Of a stretch of DNA of 64,000 bases, positions 58,680 to 64,000 are shown piece by piece. This DNA is from an uncultured virus (IMG/VR IMGVR_UViG_3300031088_000789). Lineage: Duplodnaviria; Heunggongvirae; Uroviricota; Caudoviricetes. The translations under genes and the position numbers were made by a program. Location: the IMG/VR virus record IMGVR_UViG_3300031088_000789. One strand, given 5' to 3'. How positions within the stretch are numbered: position 1 is the stretch's first letter; every line of letters begins with the position of its first letter. The notes under the pieces are model-generated. The model searched no databases. It was not told the DNA's origin and saw nothing but the letters and a program-made list of their open reading frames with translations.

Positions 58680-59237
58680 ATGACTTCTGCAAAAATCGAC
58701 CTCAGCCAAGCAAAAGATACTCAAGACGCCATTAATATTGTAATGCGTGTTCGTATGAAGCTGGAAAAAGTGCTGGAAGCAATGCAACACACTACCGCAC
58801 AACCTAATCACCGTTATACCATCAGCTACATGGTTGGTAATGTGGGTAATGTGGTGGCTGTTCGCTCTGATTTTTTGTGCGTAGAGGCTATGGAGTTGGG
58901 TAATCGACTGGCCGCAGCCGGGGTTCAGGAATTGGCCCATGAGAATCCGTATGCTGAATGCGAAATGGGCACTCTTGACTATTGGATCGAAGAAAAAATG
59001 TCGGGTGATTCACTGGTTATTAAAGGTTCGAAGATTCGTTATAAAAAACCATCTACCAAACCGAGACAGCCAGCTCAATGGTTCAATCTGACGGACGATG
59101 TTCAAATCATTGTCACTCGACTGGAACTGACCGCAGAAGACTATGCTGAATTCCGTGAACGCCAGATGAAAGAAGCCATGGAATCTGTCAAAAAACTGGG
59201 TTATGACATCCAAGATGGCGTTTTTGAAGTCGTATAA
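58680..59237 (+). CDS. hypothetical protein
   Basis: AAGGA RBS; terminator follows. Confidence 0.75.
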   Translation: MTSAKIDLSQAKDTQDAINIVMRVRMKLEKVLEAMQHTTAQPNHRYTISYMVGNVGNVVAVRSDFLCVEAMELGNRLAAAGVQELAHENPYAECEMGTLDYWIEEKMSGDSLVIKGSKIRYKKPSTKPRQPAQWFNLTDDVQIIVTRLELTAEDYAEFRERQMKEAMESVKKLGYDIQDGVFEVV

Positions 59238-59390
59238 CACTTTTACGCAAAAAAAGAAGAAGACCGACTAGTTCGGTCTTTTTTATATTTATTATGGTAG
59301 TATAAAAACGGAATATTGATTTTATTCTCAATTAACATTGTGTATTTCTTAGATTTCTTGTATAATAAAGCAAACTATTGAGGGTAGGCT

Positions 59391-59954
59391 ATGTGCATCA
59401 AACTTCGAAAAATTGAACTTGGCATGGATGTTCAGGAAGTTTATAATACAAAAAAATCTGAAGACTATTCCTTTAAAAGACTAGATGGCAACCGTTTATT
59501 TATGCATCTTTTTCGGCTTGATAAAGATAAAGAGCGTATTTTAGTAGGTTCTGATCGACATAATAGAACAGCTATGTTTATGTATTCAGAATCAGTTCCT
59601 AATGCCAGCATTAATGATATTTATGTCAAATATCTGGAATTGTTTTTCCAAAGTCAATATAAACCTATGCCTGACCATTTGAAACAGGCTTTTTCTGTTG
59701 AAGCTGATTTTTGCCTATTGAATGGAGCCATGAATAGCCGTGGAGATTGTGTACTCTTGGGCACTTCAAAAGATCCCGAAGATGATTCGCGTTCTATGTG
59801 GATGGTATTGGCAATCTCACCTTCAATGATGGGTTATACCACGCCAAGAAAAACTCGAAAAGTTCGTCAATCTGATGGTTCTTCTCGACCTCTTGACATG
59901 TGGGATGTTCTTGGGACTGTTGGAACGGTTGCAGGGCTTTTCAGCTTGTTTTGA
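59391..59954 (+). CDS. hypothetical protein
   Basis: TATAAT promoter; GAGG RBS. Confidence 0.7.
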   Translation: MCIKLRKIELGMDVQEVYNTKKSEDYSFKRLDGNRLFMHLFRLDKDKERILVGSDRHNRTAMFMYSESVPNASINDIYVKYLELFFQSQYKPMPDHLKQAFSVEADFCLLNGAMNSRGDCVLLGTSKDPEDDSRSMWMVLAISPSMMGYTTPRKTRKVRQSDGSSRPLDMWDVLGTVGTVAGLFSLF

Positions 59955-60016
59955 GTGAAAATGAAGGCATAAAAAAAGGTGTCCGAAGACACCTTCTTTT
60001 TCAACTTACCAAAGGA

Positions 60017-60133
60017 TTACATCTCCTTCAGGTAAGCACGCTTATCGCGTTTATTTTTTTGCTTACGCTTCTTGTCTACCTGCGTAGCAGGCTTATTGAA
60101 GCTATTCATGTGTTTTGCTACGAAATTACGCAT
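60017..60133 (-). CDS. 38-aa basic peptide MRNFVAKHMNSFNKPATQVDKKRKQK...
   Basis: GAGGTG RBS and TGCTATAAT on the minus strand; terminator at 59970-60001. Confidence 0.7.
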   Translation of the reverse strand: MRNFVAKHMNSFNKPATQVDKKRKQKNKRDKRAYLKEM

Positions 60134-60300
60134 GGTGTCACCTCATTAAGTTTATTAGGTTGTCTTGTTTAAGTTAGGCTATTATAGCAAATCTAGACAG
60201 GTTTGAAAAGTGTTTTTTATCTTTTTTTTCAAAAAATGTTCTTTTCATTTTGCTATATTTTTGGTAAAATACCTGAAATCTTCAATTGAGGTGAATCATC

Positions 60301-60471
60301 ATGGTAATGTGCGATTGCGTTAAATGTTGTGGAAATGATGAACATATCGTATGCGAAAACCAATTGATTTCAATCCAATCTGGTATTTTTCGTGCTCAGA
60401 AATTTAATACTATTTTGTTTGTGATTGCTATCAGCTTGTGTGCTCTGGGGCTTTTGGGCAATTTCAAATAG
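60301..60471 (+). CDS. small Cys-rich membrane protein
   Basis: GAGGTG RBS; read by hand. Confidence 0.55.
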   Translation: MVMCDCVKCCGNDEHIVCENQLISIQSGIFRAQKFNTILFVIAISLCALGLLGNFK

Positions 60472-60533
60472 TTAAACTTGCTTTAAATCTTAGTTTTAGG
60501 TATAATTTACTTCTTACTTTTCGGAGTGTTCCC

Positions 60534-61034
60534 ATGCTTACCGCTATCAAAAACAAGATTTTCACCACTTTCCAAGCTTTGTTCCCATCTGAGCTGTATC
60601 AATTGTCGGCAACAGCGGTTAAAGCTGCAGAAGATGCTCGCCGTAAACGTGAAAACGATTTTGACTGGGCTGAACTCTCTGTTTTGGTTAACAAGCCTGT
60701 TATTGCTGTGGGTAATGATTGGGGAAATCCTGTCATTGGCATCGCCAAAGAAGTGATTGGTATTTCCAAAGCAAACAATCCTCGACTCATTGTGAAAGAT
60801 TACATTACAGGCAAAGAAATTATGCCTTTTGGTGCTGTAATGGCATACAATGATGTTCGACTTGACGCTATTTTCAAATTGACCCCGGCAGAAATTACCA
60901 GTTTGGTTTATCGTCATTCGACACCACAAACTGAAGAAGATAGCCCGAATAAAGAAAAACGTGAATCGCGTGAAGTGATTATGGAAAAATTGACCACCAA
61001 TGGCTTCTTTGATGCTATCAAAGGTCTTGAATAA
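60534..61034 (+). CDS. hypothetical protein
   Basis: GGAG RBS; TTCG terminator. Confidence 0.75.
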   Translation: MLTAIKNKIFTTFQALFPSELYQLSATAVKAAEDARRKRENDFDWAELSVLVNKPVIAVGNDWGNPVIGIAKEVIGISKANNPRLIVKDYITGKEIMPFGAVMAYNDVRLDAIFKLTPAEITSLVYRHSTPQTEEDSPNKEKRESREVIMEKLTTNGFFDAIKGLE

Positions 61035-61137
61035 ACCGCTTCGGCGGTTTTTTTCAATCATCTTAAAAAATTTGTTGTTAAAAATGAGTTTTTACGTTAT
61101 ACTGCATACATCAAAACAAAGCATACAGAGGTTTTAA

Positions 61138-61443
61138 ATGACTGTTCAAGCTACCCAATTTTACATCAGCGACACCATTACTACCACTAAACGTGTTTGG
61201 GTCAACTATGATCCAGAAGTCATCTGCAGTATTGGTGAAGAAGGCAAGCTGCTGAAATCTCAGTTTTATGCTCTGGACTGTATTTCTTGCTGGGGTGGGC
61301 ATGACAAAAGTGATGTTTGTCGTGATGAAACTATCACCAAATCGTGGGAAATTCCAGCAGAGTTCGTTCCTGCGATGAGCCATATGTTGATGAAATTTGG
61401 TTGGGAAGAATCTGATTTTTGGCGAAATGCTGAAAAACGGTAA
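61138..61443 (+). CDS. hypothetical protein
   Basis: GAGG RBS; TATACT promoter. Confidence 0.75.
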   Translation: MTVQATQFYISDTITTTKRVWVNYDPEVICSIGEEGKLLKSQFYALDCISCWGGHDKSDVCRDETITKSWEIPAEFVPAMSHMLMKFGWEESDFWRNAEKR

Positions 61444-61505
61444 TTACATTGAAATCAAACGCCCCGCTTGTGTGGGTTTTTGTTTATATATTATGAGGAT
61501 TTGAT

Positions 61506-61697
61506 ATGAACGTATGGACAGAAGATTTTCCAAAAGAACCGGGTTATTACTGGGTGAAACGTTCCCATAATGGTTCAAAAGAAATTGTTTATTTGTCACG
61601 GCATAATCTTATTCATCAAATGGCGACGAGAGATTGCCTCTCTGGTTATTACGATATTTTAGAATGGGGATCTAAAATCGCAGAACCTGATGATTAA
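61506..61697 (+). CDS. small hypothetical protein
   Basis: WTEDFPKEPGYYW; GAGGA RBS. Confidence 0.7.
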   Translation: MNVWTEDFPKEPGYYWVKRSHNGSKEIVYLSRHNLIHQMATRDCLSGYYDILEWGSKIAEPDD

Positions 61698-61818
61698 TTG
61701 TCTGTTATTGTGTCAAAACGACCGCTTCGGCGGTTTTTTTGATCTAAAAATAATATTTTTGTTGTAATTCTCTCTACTTTTTGTTAAAATAAACAAATGC
61801 AATTAGGAATTAGAGATT

Positions 61819-62217
61819 ATGTTTACCAATGATTTTGTGAACAGCCCTATGGGGCAAGCAGCAATGGCCTATGCCGAGCAGGTATATGCAGCTAGCTTCA
61901 AAGCGGAAGAGTTCACACTCAGCCAGCATCCAGAAATGTTTGAAGAATTGGTTTCTTACCATATGGAGCCTGTCTACAAATATGAACCTGCTGACCCACT
62001 TTTTCGTGATGATGACGAATTTTTTGACTCTCCTGACAGTCCTGATATGGAATTGCTTCATGAAGGTTTGTCGCGTGAACAAGCCGAAGCACTCGCCAAC
62101 GTTTCTACCTATGTTTGGTTGGTTAACTACAAAGGCGAAGGTGAGGGCTTTATTTTGAAAGAATTGGCTTCCAATTTAAGTCGTTATCATGGCAAATGGA
62201 ACTATTCTGAAGGTTAG
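61819..62217 (+). CDS. acidic hypothetical protein
   Basis: Flanked by promoter and terminator. Confidence 0.7.
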   Translation: MFTNDFVNSPMGQAAMAYAEQVYAASFKAEEFTLSQHPEMFEELVSYHMEPVYKYEPADPLFRDDDEFFDSPDSPDMELLHEGLSREQAEALANVSTYVWLVNYKGEGEGFILKELASNLSRYHGKWNYSEG

Positions 62218-62303
62218 TGGTCAATTTGCTATCAAAGGCAACCTACATGGTTGCTTTTTTTATGACTGCAGACTATAATTAGCGAAATTTAGAGGATCGC
62301 AGA

Positions 62304-62885
62304 ATGACTAATCATTCTATCTATACCTTGCCAGATGAAGTTTTGGCCCAGAGCGTTGGCATTGCATTTGCCCGTGAGATTTTTCATGAGTCTCAGGATC
62401 TCAAACAGCAAGATATTGCATTTTCATGGGGTACTTATGGCGATACGGCTATTCGTATTGCTGTTTCTAACTTGCCTTTATATTTTAGTGAAGTTCCTTC
62501 AAATCTTTTAGAGTTGAAGAAAATCACCAAAGTATCTTTTTCAATTGAAGCGAAGCTTCTTGTTGAATCAGCAGGTGAAAGTCTCAATACCGTACAATAT
62601 CCAGTTGATGAAATTCGCACTCATCTTCGACAGTATTTTGATCGATATTATGACCAGTTAAAAAGACGCTTTAAACGTGATTTTGGCAATGAACATCCTG
62701 ATGGAGCGGCATTGGATTGGCAAATTGCATTCACAAATTTGCATACGCCTACTTATGTTTATAATCAGGCTGTGGACTATCTTGATCGTTATGTTCATGG
62801 TAAAGCTATTGACCCTTCTGATATTCATGTTTTACAGGTCGATGTTCGCCAGTATCTTCGTAAGCTTTTTCTAGGTGGCGATTAA
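62304..62885 (+). CDS. hypothetical protein
   Basis: GAGGA RBS. Confidence 0.75.
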   Translation: MTNHSIYTLPDEVLAQSVGIAFAREIFHESQDLKQQDIAFSWGTYGDTAIRIAVSNLPLYFSEVPSNLLELKKITKVSFSIEAKLLVESAGESLNTVQYPVDEIRTHLRQYFDRYYDQLKRRFKRDFGNEHPDGAALDWQIAFTNLHTPTYVYNQAVDYLDRYVHGKAIDPSDIHVLQVDVRQYLRKLFLGGD

Positions 62886-62959
62886 AAAATCTCGATTTTT
62901 TGTTGCCTATTTTTAAGATTTTTGCTAAGATAGCATTCTAATTCATAGAGGACATTGAC

Positions 62960-63532
62960 ATGGGCGTTGGCAAATATTCTCCTACTGTAAGCAATTCTTA
63001 CAGCAAAGACCAAGAATGGTTTGAAAAAAATGGTGGTGGTTTTGGCAATGGCCTGATTCCAGAATCTCAGTATGATAACCAAGGCTATGATGATTATGGT
63101 TATCATGGTTATACTGATCGAGATCGTGCAGGTTATACCGAAAACGATTACCTGACTGACTCCATTGAAGATGGTAGTTCTGGTATTTATGACCGTGTTA
63201 TGAGCTTGTGGGACGGCTATAATGCTCCTACGATTCTTGACCTGTCTGGCGTGATTTCGAATAAAGTTTCAAATGATGCGTTGTTCGCTTTGGATCATTC
63301 CAAAATGGTAGCGATTATTCATATTCATGAATCGGCCAGCACTGCACGTTATAAGCTGGGTGAAGCCTTTAAAGCAGGTGGTAGTGCTGATGGTCACGCA
63401 CACTACCAGAAAGAATTTAAGGCATTCTTTGCTGAAATTGAAAAGAAAATGGTTGAACATACCATGTTCTTGGAAGATTTTTATGAGAAGTTTTTGTATG
63501 ACTTCATAAAAATTCAAAAAAAATTCATTTAA
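62960..63532 (+). CDS. hypothetical protein with YD..GYD.YGY repeats
   Basis: GAGGA RBS; GY repeats. Confidence 0.75.
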   Translation: MGVGKYSPTVSNSYSKDQEWFEKNGGGFGNGLIPESQYDNQGYDDYGYHGYTDRDRAGYTENDYLTDSIEDGSSGIYDRVMSLWDGYNAPTILDLSGVISNKVSNDALFALDHSKMVAIIHIHESASTARYKLGEAFKAGGSADGHAHYQKEFKAFFAEIEKKMVEHTMFLEDFYEKFLYDFIKIQKKFI

Positions 63533-63593
63533 AAGGTTTGTTATAGCCAGCTAAAAATGCTATAATCACTGCTCAATTCAAGAGGTGTAAAAC

Positions 63594-63824
63594 ATGAAAC
63601 GTCAACTGCAAGCAGACCAAGCTGAATCACAGTCGGAAAGCAGCATTGAAGCCAAAGCACTCGCTACCCTGCGAGCACGCAATGAACGTCTCACTTCCCT
63701 GTTGGGTTGTGTCGTGGAATCCATCACTTTCGACATGAAAGATCAGGTGATGAGTCCACAGTTGCAAGAGGACATTGCAATGGCTAATGAAACACTTGAT
63801 GAATATGAAAAATATCCGCTTTAA
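63594..63824 (+). CDS. hypothetical protein
   Basis: GAGGTG RBS; terminator follows. Confidence 0.7.
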   Translation: MKRQLQADQAESQSESSIEAKALATLRARNERLTSLLGCVVESITFDMKDQVMSPQLQEDIAMANETLDEYEKYPL

Positions 63825-63952
63825 AGCAGTAACATAGCAAGAATAAAAAGGCCCATTTTGGGCCTTTTTTCATTTCATTCAACTTAATATTCTTGTTTTC
63901 ATTTTAAGTTTTTGATATAATGTTTATCTTCTAAACAAATGAGATTCCTATC

Positions 63953-64000
63953 ATGGGCATTCAAAAATTCCAAGAATTGGTCGTCTATGGCATTCAAGTA
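63953..64000 (+). CDS. partial ORF at the window edge
   Basis: TATAAT promoter, then MGIQKFQELVVYGIQV... Confidence 0.5.
   Translation, partial: MGIQKFQELVVYGIQV

Noticed and set aside
478..63517. Many antisense or overlapping ORFs in the track (e.g. 5364-5876, 20701-21285, 43604-44203, 50986-51567, 53665-54225, 60507-61061)
   Set aside because: They mirror well-supported genes on the other strand or frame and lack RBS and promoter.
1..64000. TAG stop-codon reassignment
   Set aside because: Long genes are intact under code 11, and several end in TAG before intergenic signals (16558, 17223, 17916, 35572).

Overview
AT-rich window with about 110 short, mostly + strand genes. Most are stand-alone units (sigma70-like promoter, RBS, ORF, rho-independent terminator). 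This fits the accessory or early region of a jumbo phage or phage-like megaplasmid of a Gammaproteobacterium; that is an inference, since no virion or replication hallmark gene is in the window. Recognisable products: M17 leucyl aminopeptidase, oligoribonuclease, two CinA/PncC NMN deamidases, an Acb1-like and a second 2H phosphoesterase, HNH and PD-(D/E)XK nucleases, a trypsin-like protease, a SMI1/KNR4 protein and a polymorphic-toxin-like nuclease fragment. Two features stand out. (1) Three related IS607-type elements, each inserted at a GG(T) core inside a gene: one with intact tnpA at the left edge, one with dead tnpA and an intact, large, atypical TnpB (55317-57966), and a 395-bp protein-free mini-element (51545-51939) keeping both ends, a promoter and the omegaRNA region. 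(2) Several structured non-coding RNAs, most with their own promoter: a tRNA-Ile-like RNA with a 91-nt D-loop insertion that can pair with an upstream RNA domain, two tRNA-like genes with AAC anticodon loops, a duplicated sRNA and three multi-hairpin segments. All family calls come from motifs recognised by eye; no database search was run.
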